Notes: generated by a model not told the origin, from the sequence alone. A DNA stretch of 64,000 bases from Candidatus Fermentibacterota bacterium (GCA_963845085.1 CAWJQI010000001.1:352001-416000); one strand, 5' to 3'; shown: positions 9,516 through 20,132, counted from the stretch's first letter. Made by a program: numbers and translations.

Positions 9516-10941
9516 TCAGGCCTTCCTTCGGAACAACCTGTCTCCCAACGTTGAGAGCAGGATGACCACAAGCGTTGTCAACACGGCGCCGTAGGTTTTG
9601 TCCATCTCGAACCATCCCCGCTGCTGCGCGATCATGGTAACGAAGACGGCCACCGTGCCGATTATGAAGGAGAGTTTCACTCCCAGCGGGGTGACGATTC
9701 TGCGGAAGTAGAGCCCCGACACGATGACGATGGCCCCGATTGCCCTGATGGCGTAGGAGATGTACGCCGTGTCGAGCACTGCGCCCTTGAGGAAGATGGC
9801 CAGCGGGACGGTGATGAGGCTGACAAGAACAACAAGCTTCCGTGCGGTTGAGATGATCTTGGCGTCGTCGGCCTTCTTGTTGATCAGCCCGTGGTAGATG
9901 TCCTTCGCAGCAATCGTCACCACGGCGAAGTTCACCGGGCCAACAGTGGAAAGGATCGCTGCAAGAACTCCCGCGAGGGCAAGACCGCCAAGCACGGGCG
10001 GATGAAGGCGGGGGTCTGAAGAAGGGTTGGAAGTGCTGTCTTGGCCGTAAGGCCTCGACGCCTTCGGGGAAGAAAAGCCCGGTTCGGGCGTAAAGGCCAA
10101 GGAATGCCGTCATTACGCCAAAGGGCGCAACGATGAGACCCGCGAGCATGGACGCCTTCCGGGCGGTCTTCACGTCCTTCGCGGCGAATACGGGCTGTAT
10201 GCTTGCCTGGGCAGCCATGCCTCCCAGAAGCCCGCCCACAAGAAGGGCAATGGCGGCATTGGTTCCGGCGCTGAAGGGGTTGTAAAGGTTCTGCGGGGCG
10301 CCAAGGGAGATCAGGGTATCGGAGAGCCCAGAGAAGCCACCGACCTTTCCCAGACCGATGAAGAAGGCTATCCCGAGCCCCACGAACATCGTGACCAGGT
10401 ACAGGATGCCGGTTATTGCAAGGGCGTGCATGCCGCCCATGTAGGTGTAGATCATGATAAGACCCGCCGAGATAACAACGGCCCAGTTCCAGCTGACGCC
10501 GAACAGGGGCGCCATGACGCTGGCACATGTCTGCAGCTGCACGTAGGCAAGGGTGATGTAGGCGATCAGGAAGGCCACGGCGCTGACCGAGCGGGCCTGG
10601 CTTCCGAAGAGGGTCTCAATCATCTCGCTCACGGTATGAACGTCCTTTCGGCGGTAGTGGGCCGCCACGGTGAACCCGATCACGATCATGCCGATCGCTG
10701 TGGAGATGTTGTAGAAGATGGGCTGCAGGGAAAGGGTGTTGAAGGCCCTTTCGCTGACGCCGATGGTGCTCATCCCCCCGAGCCATTCCGCCGCAACCAC
10801 GACGGCGCATACCATCGTGCCAAGGTTTCTTCCGGCGACCAGGTAGTCACTGGCGGATTTGCTGGCCACCTTCCTGGTGAGAAGGCCCATGCCCACCACC
10901 AGTACGAAATAGCCAAGGATGATTATGGCATAGATATTCAT
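9516..10941 (-). CDS. Sodium:solute symporter (SSS) family; two frameshifts near 10050 and 10000
   Basis: DYLVAGRNLG, EWLGGMSTIG, GGMHA, LAAILST. The reading path is ...GVEA / TAKTALPTLLQTPAFI / PPVLGGLALAG. Confidence 0.85.
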
Positions 10942-10975
10942 TTGGCCCGCCTTGCTATGTTGAATAAACGAACAT

Positions 10976-11905
10976 TCAGTCCGATGTGAGGGGTTTGCCT
11001 TCGGCGATAGCCCTGGCCATCGCCATGGAGTTAAGCCTGTTCCTGCCGTCGTCGGAACGCGAGTTCAGGACGGCCGGAACTTTTGCACCGAAGACCAGCC
11101 CTCCCCATATGGCGTCGCCGTGGAACTTGTAGCTCTTGCCAAGCGAATTCGCGGTTTCGAGGTTGGGTGCAAGGATCATGTCCGGCGAGCCGCAGACGGC
11201 CGATCCGGCCATGCCCTTTGTCGCCGCGCACTCGGCGGAGATTGCGGCGTCATACCCCATCGGGCCTTCCACGGTGAAACCCTTGATCTGCCCCCGGAGC
11301 GACATGACGGCAAGGGCGGCTGCGTCGACCGTTGCCTGCATCTTGGGGTTGACCGTTTCGACCGCGGCCAGGGCTGCCACCTTCACGGGTCTTATGCCAA
11401 GTGCGTTCCAAAGGGGCCGTGTGTTCTCGATGACCGCGGCTTTCTCCGAAAGCGTGGGGGTGATGAGGATGGCATTGTCGGTCATCGCAAGAAGCTTCGG
11501 ATAGGAGGGCATCTCGAAGAGGCTGAGGTTGGACAGCACCGAGGAGGCTTTTATGCCGGTCTCGGAATCGAGAATGGCCTTAATGTAGGCTTCGGACTTC
11601 ACGCTGCCTTTGACCAGAATAAGGGCCCCGCTCTCCCGAACTGCCCTTACCGCCAGAGCGCTCATGAGCTGGTCGGTGGCGGCGGGTATGATCTCGTACA
11701 TGGACGGATCGTCGCCCGAGGCGCACACGGCCTTCTCAACTGCTTCGCCGGGGCCAGTAACGAAGCACCTCCCGATGAAGCCGAGTTCATGGCCTTCGCG
11801 AAGACTTGCCATCACGCGGTCGTCCGCGGCTCCGGCCACCGCCACCGGGACCGGCGACAGCGAGCTGACTGCGCTTATCAGTTCCCTGAAGCTCTTGATG
11901 CCCAT
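10976..11905 (-). CDS. ptb: Phosphate butyryltransferase / phosphate acyltransferase
   Basis: VAVAGAAD, LVKGS, LAAVETVNPKMQATVDAA, VEGPMGYDAAIS, PNLETANSLGK, NSRSD; adjacent to buk. Confidence 0.9.
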   Translation of the reverse strand: MGIKSFRELISAVSSLSPVPVAVAGAADDRVMASLREGHELGFIGRCFVTGPGEAVEKAVCASGDDPSMYEIIPAATDQLMSALAVRAVRESGALILVKGSVKSEAYIKAILDSETGIKASSVLSNLSLFEMPSYPKLLAMTDNAILITPTLSEKAAVIENTRPLWNALGIRPVKVAALAAVETVNPKMQATVDAAALAVMSLRGQIKGFTVEGPMGYDAAISAECAATKGMAGSAVCGSPDMILAPNLETANSLGKSYKFHGDAIWGGLVFGAKVPAVLNSRSDDGRNRLNSMAMARAIAEGKPLTSD

Positions 11906-11915
11906 TTCTCCTCCT

Positions 11916-13085
11916 TCAGCCCGCGGTGACGGGGCTGAAATTTCCCTGGTCATCCCTGAAGGGGAACAGGGGGTCGATCTCGCATGCTGAAAGTATGCAC
12001 CCGGGCCACGACAGGGGTGCCTCCGCGCCCCGAAGGACCCGCTGGATGCTTGATGCAATGGCCTCGTTCTCGTTCTCGCCGGGATACATGAACACAGGCG
12101 CGATCCGGGAGCATTTCCTCACGATCTCGCCGGACAGGTGTTTTGCATTCGCCACGCCCCCGGTCACGATTATTCCGTGGAGATCGAAATCGAGGACCGA
12201 GGCCATGGCCCCGATCTCCTTGACGATCTGGTAGATCATGGCATCGTAGATGAACCCTGCGAAGGGTTCGCCCGACTCGGAACGACTGACCATCTCCCTG
12301 ATGTTCTTCGTGCCGAGGTAGGCATACACCCCTCCCGCGCCGTAGAGCTTCCGGTACAGCTGGTCACGGGTGTAGCGCCCCGAAAAGCATGCCTCGAGAA
12401 GCGGGATGGGTGGAATGCCCCCGGCCCTTTCAGGGGTGAACGGCGCGCCCTCCATCCTGTTGTCGCTGTCAATGATCCTTCCGCCTGCAACGGGTGCTAT
12501 CGAATAGCCGCCGCCGAGGTGGCAGGCCACGCACCTTATCTCGTCGAAACCCAGAGAGAGCTCGAGTGCGAGCTTGCGGACGGTGGCCCTGATGTTCAGG
12601 GCATGAACGAACGAAAACCGTGGAAAATCGGGCGAACCTGAAATTCTCGCGATCGGTGCCATTTCGTCCACCCCGACCGGGTCGACCACGAACGCAGGAA
12701 CGCCGAATGTTTCCGCGATTCGGTGCGAGAGGGGCGCTCCGAGGTTTGATGCATGCTGGTAGACGGGTGTGTTCAGGCTGAAGTCTGCGAGTTCGCCGTT
12801 CAGCGCTATCACGCCGCTCGGAACCGGGGGAAGCATCCCCCCGAGAGCACCGATGCCCGCCACCCGCGCTCCCTGGGGAAGACATTCGCGGAAGAAGTCT
12901 CTTACGAGCTGTTCCCGGTAGTCCACCTGGGCGCTGATGGAGCTGAAGCGGTGCACCATGTCATCGGGGTGTTCTATCGTCCTTGATGTAACGTGACAGG
13001 GCTCGAGAGCCCCCGTGTCGCTGTAGATGGAACACTTGGTCGTTGTGGACCCGGTGTTGACAACAAGAATAAGCTCGCCGGTCAC
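11916..13085 (-). CDS. buk: Butyrate (branched-chain carboxylate) kinase
   Basis: ILVVNTGSTTTK, HASNLGA, VVDPVGVDEM, HALN, HLGGG, PFTPERAGG, MYPGENE; GTG start after GGGAGG. Confidence 0.92.
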   Translation of the reverse strand: MTGELILVVNTGSTTTKCSIYSDTGALEPCHVTSRTIEHPDDMVHRFSSISAQVDYREQLVRDFFRECLPQGARVAGIGALGGMLPPVPSGVIALNGELADFSLNTPVYQHASNLGAPLSHRIAETFGVPAFVVDPVGVDEMAPIARISGSPDFPRFSFVHALNIRATVRKLALELSLGFDEIRCVACHLGGGYSIAPVAGGRIIDSDNRMEGAPFTPERAGGIPPIPLLEACFSGRYTRDQLYRKLYGAGGVYAYLGTKNIREMVSRSESGEPFAGFIYDAMIYQIVKEIGAMASVLDFDLHGIIVTGGVANAKHLSGEIVRKCSRIAPVFMYPGENENEAIASSIQRVLRGAEAPLSWPGCILSACEIDPLFPFRDDQGNFSPVTAG

Positions 13086-13216
13086 CGATACCTCCCGACT
13101 CCTCGCATTGGCCTGAGACATGCAGTTGCTGCTGAAACGTGAAATTTTTGAATGGCGGTAATATGTTAGTTCACAACGTGAGAAGCATTCTCGAACCGGA
13201 AATGAAAGGAAAGGCA

Positions 13217-14177
13217 ATGATCGACCGCAGCGACATAAGGGAAGAACTGAAGAACTGTCTGGTGGAAACCACAGCTCTGGGACTCCCCAACGGCCGCAAG
13301 GGCAAGGTCAGGGACATCTACGATCTTGGCGACAGGCTCCTCCTGATAACGACGGACAGGCAGAGCGCGTTTGACAGGGTGCTGGCGGCCGTACCCTTCA
13401 AGGGACAGGTCCTGAACATGGTCAGCGCGTGGTGGTTCGAGCGCACCAGACACATCGTTCCCAACCATGTGATCTCCATCCCCCACCCCAACGCCACGCT
13501 CGCGAGGAAGGTCGAGGTCTTCCCGGTCGAGTTCGTCATGAGGGGCTACCTCACGGGCAGCACAAGCACCAGCGCCTGGACCCTCTACAACAAAGGCGAA
13601 CGGAACCTCGGAGGCAACATCCTTCCCGACGGCATGAAGAAGAACCAGAGGTTCCCCGAACCCATAATCACCCCCACCACCAAGAGCGACGAGCACGACG
13701 AGTCCATCACCCCCGAGGGGATAGTGGAGACCGGCCTGATGAGCCGGGAGGACTGGGAGAAGGCTTCGAGCATCGCCTTCAGCCTCTTCCGCTTCGGGAT
13801 GGAAACCGCACGGAAGAACGGCCTTATCCTGGTCGATACCAAGTACGAGATGGGCAAAACCGGGAAGTGGCGAGATCGTCCTCATCGACGAGATCCACAC
13901 CCCGGACAGTTCAAGGTACTGGCTTGCCGAAGGCTACGAGGAACGCTTCGGGAAGGGGCTCGACCCCGAGAACATAGACAAGGAGTTCCTCAGGCTCTGG
14001 TTCCGCGACAACTGCGATCCGTACAACGACGCCGTGCTGCCCGCAGCCCCCGAGGAGCTGGTCGTGGAGCTGTCGAGCAGGTACATCAAGCTCTTCGAGA
14101 TGATAACGGGCAACCAGTTCAAACCCATGACAGGGAACCTGGTCGAGAGTCTTGGGGAGGCCGTTAAGACTATCTGA
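13217..14177 (+). CDS. purC: SAICAR synthetase; +1 frameshift near 13863
   Basis: GKVRDIY, TDRQSAFD, TPTTK, ILVDTKYEMG. Removing one G restores EIVLIDEIHTPDSSRYW...DKEFLRLW, with stop TGA at 14175-14177. Confidence 0.92.
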
Positions 14178-15513
14178 GGAAGACCACCCTCTCCGAAGCC
14201 CTGACCTCACCGGCTTCGAGCACCACGATGTACTGGCCCGCAGGAACCGAGGGGCCGGGCCTCCAGTATGCGGAATGGCCGCCCGCGCCGAGCGGGCCGT
14301 CATGCACCGTTGACACAAGCCTGCCTGAGAGGTCGTACACACGCAGCTTCGCATCCGTCATGCCGGGCAGCTCGAAGGCGATGTTGAGGCTTTCGAAGAA
14401 GGGGCAGGGGCTGAGCGCAAGCATCTCCGGCTGCACCGGGCGGATGGCTGACTCGATCGAGGAAGGTTCGCTGTTGAACGCGTAGTAAAGTGATGAGCTT
14501 CCCGGTTGGGTGGAGTGGAATACCGTGTGGGGTCTTGCCAGCACGTCCAGGGCAAGGTCGGGATCACCCGAATTGTACCCTGCCAGAGCCATTACGCCCT
14601 CGGTCTGCCATCCCTCGCCCTGGTTCACCGAGTATAGGAGCGAATCGCCACCCGCCGAGCAGTGGGCGATGTGCGGGTATCCGAACTGGTCGAGCACGAG
14701 CGAGGTGCCGTATTCACCGGTTCCGGTATCGACAGAGTAGACGGTCTGGATCGTCCAGGTTGACCCTTCGAGAGAGGCATACCTCACCTCCCCCCCCGTG
14801 TTGTACGAGATGTGCGGATTGCCCGAGGCGTCGATGGCAAGCGATGTGCCAATGGGATCGGAGATCATCGCGGTGTCGGCAAAGCATGTCTCCCAGCTCT
14901 CGGAACCGGTGCGCAGCGCGTACTTGACTCCGCTGACCGGCATGCTGCTGCAGTAGGCCGCATGGCTTGCATCGTCACCGTCCACGGCGATGGAGTTGCA
15001 TAAACCGACATCGGCGGCCTGGTCGACTGTCTCGCTCGACCATTCTCCCCCGGTCCGGAACAGGTAGATGAGATCCTCGTTAAATGAGCGAAAACAGATT
15101 CGTGGATCCCCCTGGGAATCGAGGGCGATGGATGTCCAGTCCCCGGAGAAGGAGTATGCGAAGTTTTCCAGCGTCCACTGCCCGCTTCCGGGGTTCCTTG
15201 TGCCGTACATTATGGTTCCCGCGCTGCTGAAGGCTATATGGGGCACGCCGTACGCATCGATGGCAAGGCCCGTGTACTGGCAGCTTCCGTACGTGGGCTG
15301 GAAAATGAAGTCCTCGGTCCACTGGGTGCCGTCGTACTCCGCGTACATCATCCCCACGTACGAGTGGTAGTAGAGGATCCCCGGAAGCCCGGAGGGGTCC
15401 AGTGCTATGGAAGGTGTGACCCCGAACGTGTCGATCAGCTGTACAGACCACTCGGCCTGAGCCATTGAGATGGCGCAGGCAGGAACTGCGAGTGCAAAGA
15501 GCATCCTGTTCAT
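14170..15513 (-). CDS. Secreted repeat (beta-propeller-like) protein with T9SS type A/FlgD-Ig-like C-terminal domain
   Basis: Signal peptide; about 7 repeats of SxAxDxxGxPHIxY; C-terminus LRVYDLSGRLV...W...GQYIVVL...RVVFLR. Confidence 0.8.
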   Translation of the reverse strand: MNRMLFALAVPACAISMAQAEWSVQLIDTFGVTPSIALDPSGLPGILYYHSYVGMMYAEYDGTQWTEDFIFQPTYGSCQYTGLAIDAYGVPHIAFSSAGTIMYGTRNPGSGQWTLENFAYSFSGDWTSIALDSQGDPRICFRSFNEDLIYLFRTGGEWSSETVDQAADVGLCNSIAVDGDDASHAAYCSSMPVSGVKYALRTGSESWETCFADTAMISDPIGTSLAIDASGNPHISYNTGGEVRYASLEGSTWTIQTVYSVDTGTGEYGTSLVLDQFGYPHIAHCSAGGDSLLYSVNQGEGWQTEGVMALAGYNSGDPDLALDVLARPHTVFHSTQPGSSSLYYAFNSEPSSIESAIRPVQPEMLALSPCPFFESLNIAFELPGMTDAKLRVYDLSGRLVSTVHDGPLGAGGHSAYWRPGPSVPAGQYIVVLEAGEVRASERVVFLR

Positions 15514-15570
15514 GGCCGATGCCTCCATTCCCGTCGGATTAGCGCCTGTTATCAAAGAATTTCGTCAAGT

Positions 15571-15599
15571 ACAATATCTGCAACGACAGACAGGGTCAA
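15571..15599 (-). promoter_or_regulatory. Putative sigma70 promoter
   Basis: TTGACC, 17 nt, TATTGT upstream of the 15513 start. Confidence 0.5.
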
Positions 15600-15634
15600 C
15601 CATTTTGTTCAGTGCGGAATGATCTGCGCTGCGT

Positions 15635-16114
15635 TCAGTTGACGTCGCCCAGGTAGACGGCACGGGCTGGGAGCGGCATGGCGAGAAGCTTCCTCAAGGC
15701 CGAGGGGTAGAGCATGTGCCCGGCAAGTTCAGCGAGGGGGATCCATGAGATTCCCTTCTGAAACGAGTCGGGGTTTTCGCCCATAACAGGGCTGGAGCCG
15801 TGAGGAAGGCTGCACCTGAACATAAGTTCGAGCTGGTGCGCATCGCCGTCGGTCGAGGCGAACTCGTGATGCGCGGCTATGTAGTCCCTTATGAAAAGCA
15901 GCCGGCCCATTACCACACCGGTGCCGATCTCTTCAGTGCACTCCCTCTGAAGGGCTTCCTCCAGGGTTTCCCCGTGGGTCTGACCGCCACCGGGAAGAAT
16001 GTACCAGTCGCCCTGTTCACCCTGGTTTCGAACGAGGAGGACCCGCCCCTTTGAAATGATGACGGCTTTCACGGAAACCCTGACCGGGCGGGGACCCTGG
16101 CCGAAGGGTTTCAC
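15635..16114 (-). CDS. NUDIX hydrolase
   Basis: Nudix box LPGGGQTHGETLEEALQRECTEEIG. Confidence 0.9.
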   Translation of the reverse strand: MKPFGQGPRPVRVSVKAVIISKGRVLLVRNQGEQGDWYILPGGGQTHGETLEEALQRECTEEIGTGVVMGRLLFIRDYIAAHHEFASTDGDAHQLELMFRCSLPHGSSPVMGENPDSFQKGISWIPLAELAGHMLYPSALRKLLAMPLPARAVYLGDVN

Positions 16115-18201
16115 TTCCCGGAACCCCCGCGCTCTTCAAAGAGGTCGGGCATTTCGTACTTCTCCACGATGCTCCTCAGCCTTTTGTTGAGTTCCGCCGT
16201 TCTCTCCTCTATCTCTTCGAGACTCATGGGGGGCTCGGCAGGCGCAGGCTCAGGGGTCTGAGGCTCGCTCACGGGCTCGGGCTGATCCGGCACGTCTTCC
16301 GGAGCGACTTCTATCGTCTTGATGCTGGCGATGGTCCGGCTGCCGCAGAGTCGCACCCCGCGGGCCTTGACCCCCTTTTCAGGGATGTCGGGCGCCGCGG
16401 TCTGTCCCTTGCGTGTCTTCATGTGTTTCCTTCTTTCGAACCAGTACTCCAGAATGAAGTCGCTGCCCGGGCGGAAGACCATCACCTCGCTCTCCTCGGG
16501 AACGAAGCGGTACCCGCGGTCAAGAATGAACCCGCCGATGCTGAAACGTTTGGCGTAGGGGATCCTGTCGGTTCTGTCACGGAAGACGCAGGTGAAGACT
16601 GCGTCCTTGTCTGCGGGACCGCACCAAAGAACCTCTCCGTCCATCAGGAACTTCTCCTGCACCGGAACTACCTTGTATGTGCCGTCGGCCAGGAAGAAGA
16701 GTATCCTGTCGTACTCCGAAGCGTGCCAGGAAACCCCGCTTTTAACCGCGGTGCCAACAAACCCGGTCTCACGGTCGAACCCCACCCGGAGGTTCGCGAT
16801 GGCAACCTCCCGGCGCTGGATGCCGCTGAAACCCTCGACCGCCGTCCTGCGGGGGTAGAGCTTCCCGTACTTCTTCAGAATGCCTTCAAGTACCTCAACG
16901 GCGTAATCCTTCAGATGGCCGAGGCGCCTCCTCGCAAGGCGCATCCGCGTGCGGATGTCGTCCATCTCGCGGCGGTGGGCCTCGATGTCAAAGCGGCTTA
17001 TCCTTCTGATCTTGAGCGCAAGAAGCCTGTCTATGTCATCCGGCGTGACCTCCCTGGGGTATTCGGTCAGGAAGGGCATGAGACCGCCCGCGACGGCATC
17101 GCGCACCTCCTCGAGAGTAGGACACTCCTCGATCAGCTTGTACAGCCGGTTCTCAATGAAGAGCTGCTCGAGTGTCATCCAGTGAAGGGCGTCTTCGAGG
17201 TTCCTCACCTCGAGCTCGAGTTCGAGTTTCAGAATGTCGAGCAGGCGGAAGGTGCTGTATGAGATCAGGCCGGAAACCGTGGGCTCGACGGGAACACCCT
17301 CCTGGATCACGAGCATGTTGGAGGTGTGGATGACCTCGCACTCGGTGTGCGCGTAGAGCTGCTGAAGGGTCTCATCCGCACCGACACCCCTCGCGGGGGT
17401 GATCTCAATCTCGACCTTCTCGGTCGTGTAGTCGTCGATGCTGGTGATCTTGAGCCGTCCCTTGCGGGCCGCGTTCTCGATCGAGGCCATGAGGGTTTCT
17501 GTCGTTGTCCCGAAGGGGATCTCGCTGATGACGAGTTTCTTGCCGCCACGGGGCTCGATGCGGGCGCGGTTGCGGATCCTGCCGTTGCCGTCGTCATACG
17601 CCGACACATCGATGGCGCCGCCCTGGGGAAAATCCGGCAGAAGGTGGAACTGCTCACCCCTGATGCAGGCGATCTGGGCCTGGATAACCTCGTTGAAGTT
17701 GTGCGGAAGTATGCGGGTGGACATGCCGACCGCTATCCCCTCCGCCCCGAGCAGCAGAAGCACCGGTATCTTGGCAGGAAAGAGCACCGGCTCGCGGTTG
17801 CGGCCGTCGTAGCTTGGAACGAACTCGGTAATGTCGGGGTTGAACAGCGTGTCGCGGGCGAGCTGGGTGAGCCGGCATTCGATGTATCGGGACGCCGATG
17901 CCTCGTCGCCCGTGAGGATGTTGCCGAAGTTCCCCTGTCCCTCGATGAAGTACCCCCGGTTGGCCAGAGCAACAAGAGCGGCCCCTATCGACTGGTCGCC
18001 GTGGGGGTGGTAGCGCATGCAGTGGCCGATGACGTTGGCCACCTTGTTGAAGCGGCCGTCGTCCATTTCAAGCATGGCCCAGAGGATACGGCGCTGCACG
18101 GGTTTCAGGCCGTCAGCCGCGTCGGGGATGGCGCGTTCCTTGATCACATAGGATGCGTACTCCATGAAGTTCTCGCGATAAAGCCCACGCAGACCGGTCA
18201 T
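16111..18201 (-). CDS. parC: DNA topoisomerase IV subunit A
   Basis: RAIPDAADGLKPVQRR, YHPHGD, QGNFG, ASRYIECRL; short C-terminal domain without a GyrA box. Confidence 0.9.
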   Translation of the reverse strand: MTGLRGLYRENFMEYASYVIKERAIPDAADGLKPVQRRILWAMLEMDDGRFNKVANVIGHCMRYHPHGDQSIGAALVALANRGYFIEGQGNFGNILTGDEASASRYIECRLTQLARDTLFNPDITEFVPSYDGRNREPVLFPAKIPVLLLLGAEGIAVGMSTRILPHNFNEVIQAQIACIRGEQFHLLPDFPQGGAIDVSAYDDGNGRIRNRARIEPRGGKKLVISEIPFGTTTETLMASIENAARKGRLKITSIDDYTTEKVEIEITPARGVGADETLQQLYAHTECEVIHTSNMLVIQEGVPVEPTVSGLISYSTFRLLDILKLELELEVRNLEDALHWMTLEQLFIENRLYKLIEECPTLEEVRDAVAGGLMPFLTEYPREVTPDDIDRLLALKIRRISRFDIEAHRREMDDIRTRMRLARRRLGHLKDYAVEVLEGILKKYGKLYPRRTAVEGFSGIQRREVAIANLRVGFDRETGFVGTAVKSGVSWHASEYDRILFFLADGTYKVVPVQEKFLMDGEVLWCGPADKDAVFTCVFRDRTDRIPYAKRFSIGGFILDRGYRFVPEESEVMVFRPGSDFILEYWFERRKHMKTRKGQTAAPDIPEKGVKARGVRLCGSRTIASIKTIEVAPEDVPDQPEPVSEPQTPEPAPAEPPMSLEEIEERTAELNKRLRSIVEKYEMPDLFEERGGSGK

Positions 18202-20006
18202 TTCAGGTTCTCCATGATGAAGGTGCGGCGCTCGGGAGTGTTGCTGCCCATGTAGAAATCAAGGATCTCGGGAACCTCGCGCAGCCTGTCTATGCGTACC
18301 TGGGTGAGCCTTATGTCGGGTCCGATGAACTGGCCGAACTCCTTCGGGCTGATCTCGCCAAGCCCCTTGAACCTTGTGATCTCGGGCTTCTTCCCGAGGC
18401 GTTCCGATTCCCGGTCAAGCTCGGACTGGCTGTAGCAGTAGACCGTTTCCTTCTTGTTCCTGACCCTGAAAAGGGGCGTTTCGAGGATGTAGAGATGGCC
18501 GTCGAGCGCAAGGTCCTCGAAGAAGTGCAGGAAGAGCGTCATCAGGAGGTTGCGGATGTGCATGCCGTCAACATCGGCATCGGTGGCGAGAACGACCCGG
18601 TTGTACCGAAGCCCTTCGACCCCGCCCTCGATGTTGAGGGCACGCATGATGTTGTAGATCTCCTTGTTGCTGTACACCGTTTCGCGGCGAAGCCCGAACA
18701 CATTCTGGGGTTTTCCCCTGAGGGCAAAGATCGCCTGCGTGTGCACGTCGCGGCTTGAAACAAGGCTTCCGGCGGCGCTGAGCCCCTCGGTGAGGAAGAT
18801 GGTCGACTCCTCCTCACGGTCGTGGCCGTCGCCGAGGTGAACCTTGCAGTCCTTCAGGTTCGGGATCCTGATCGCGGTCTGCTTCTCCCTCTCCCTCGCC
18901 TTCTTCTTCACCGTGGCGAGCTCGGTGCGGAGCTTCTGGTTGGCCTGGATCTTCGCGATGAGCCGGTCGGCAAGCCTCTGGTCACGGTGCAGCACCTGCT
19001 CGATCTCCGCCTGGACCCTGCCCACGATTTCCCGCCTGATGTCGGTATTGCCCAGCTTGTTCTTGGTCTGGCTTTCGAACACCGGGTCTTTCAGGCGCAC
19101 TGATACCGCCGCGACCAGCCCGTCGCGAACGTCCTCGGCCACGAAACCCTTGCCGCTGAAAGCGTTCACGCCCTTGAGAACACCCTCTTTGAAGGCCGAG
19201 AGATGCGACCCCCCCGCGCTTGTGTACTGACCGTTGGCGAAGGAGAAATACTTTTCACCGTACGAATTGGTGTGGGTGAAGGCGAATTCGAGCGTTGTGT
19301 TCCTGTAGTACACTGCATCGTAGATCGCCTCCTCGCCGGTCTCATCGTTCAGAAGATCCCGCAGGCCGTCTTCGGAACGGAACACCATGTCGTTGAACTG
19401 CACCCTGAGCCCCGAGTTCAGGAAGGCGTAGTGCTGCATCCGGCGCTCGATGAACTCGTTGCGGAACTGGTACTCGCCGAATATCTCGGGGTCGGGCGTG
19501 AACTCCACCAGGGTGCCGTTCTTCTCCGAGGTGTCGCCCGTGTCATCGGAAACAAGCCTGCCCTGCGAGAATACGACCTGCCTGAATTTCCCGTCACGGT
19601 ACGCGCACACCCTGAAATGGCTTGAAAGGGCGTTCACCGCCTTGGTGCCCACGCCGTTGAGCCCCACGCTGAACACGAACACGTCTGTGTTGTACTTGGC
19701 CCCGGTGTTTATCTCGCTCACGCACTCCACCAGCTTGCCAAGGGGTATGCCCCTCCCCCAGTCCCGGACGGTCACCGTCGAATCGAGCAGCTTCACACGG
19801 ATACGGTTGCCGCACCCCATGATGAACTCGTCGACCGAGTTGTCAACCACTTCCTTGAGAAGGATGTATATCCCGTCGTCGATGTTCGTGCCGTCGCCGA
19901 GCCGGCCGATGTACATGCCGGTGCGAAGCCTTATGTGCTCGATGGACGAAAGGGTTTTAACCTTGCTTTCGTCGTAGATGCCTGTTCCATCCGAAGGAGC
20001 GATCAC
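18198..20006 (-). CDS. parE: DNA topoisomerase IV subunit B
   Basis: EHIRLRTGMYIG, EVVDNSVDE, GRGIP, GLNGVG, TEGLSA, TDADVDG, RFKGLGE. Confidence 0.9.
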   Translation of the reverse strand: MIAPSDGTGIYDESKVKTLSSIEHIRLRTGMYIGRLGDGTNIDDGIYILLKEVVDNSVDEFIMGCGNRIRVKLLDSTVTVRDWGRGIPLGKLVECVSEINTGAKYNTDVFVFSVGLNGVGTKAVNALSSHFRVCAYRDGKFRQVVFSQGRLVSDDTGDTSEKNGTLVEFTPDPEIFGEYQFRNEFIERRMQHYAFLNSGLRVQFNDMVFRSEDGLRDLLNDETGEEAIYDAVYYRNTTLEFAFTHTNSYGEKYFSFANGQYTSAGGSHLSAFKEGVLKGVNAFSGKGFVAEDVRDGLVAAVSVRLKDPVFESQTKNKLGNTDIRREIVGRVQAEIEQVLHRDQRLADRLIAKIQANQKLRTELATVKKKAREREKQTAIRIPNLKDCKVHLGDGHDREEESTIFLTEGLSAAGSLVSSRDVHTQAIFALRGKPQNVFGLRRETVYSNKEIYNIMRALNIEGGVEGLRYNRVVLATDADVDGMHIRNLLMTLFLHFFEDLALDGHLYILETPLFRVRNKKETVYCYSQSELDRESERLGKKPEITRFKGLGEISPKEFGQFIGPDIRLTQVRIDRLREVPEILDFYMGSNTPERRTFIMENLK

Positions 20007-20013
20007 CTGGCCT

Positions 20014-20132
20014 CCACAAGATATGGACGATTATACCCGCCGGCGGCACAACATGTTGGAAGCCGCCGAGTCAATTCCTTCAATACACCAAGTATACACC
20101 AACGACAGCGATACAACCACCATATGTGGTGT
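20014..20132. promoter_or_regulatory. Putative NrdR boxes (tandem pair plus a third) around the parE promoter
   Basis: CCACAAGATATGGACG (20014-20029), GCACAACATGTTGGAA (20046-20061) and CCACCATATGTGGTGT (20117-20132) match the acaCwAtATaTwGtg core; the first two are 32 bp apart; minus-strand TATAAT at 20035-20030. Confidence 0.6.

Noticed and set aside
13179..13193. Fur-like TGAGAAG-C-ATTCTCG in the buk/purC divergent region
   Set aside because: The palindrome is imperfect and neither flanking gene has an evident iron or peroxide role
13855..13870. Programmed frameshift or true pseudogene in purC
   Set aside because: It is a housekeeping enzyme intact on both sides of a GGG run, and similar indels nearby point to sequence error
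16111..20006. Calling the type II topoisomerase gyrA/gyrB
   Set aside because: The subunits are short, there is no GyrA box, and the sequences are ParC/ParE-like
20083..20102. Direct repeat ATACACCAA x2 with 11-bp period
   Set aside because: It could be a regulator site, but two copies are too few to call; it is not an iteron or CRISPR array
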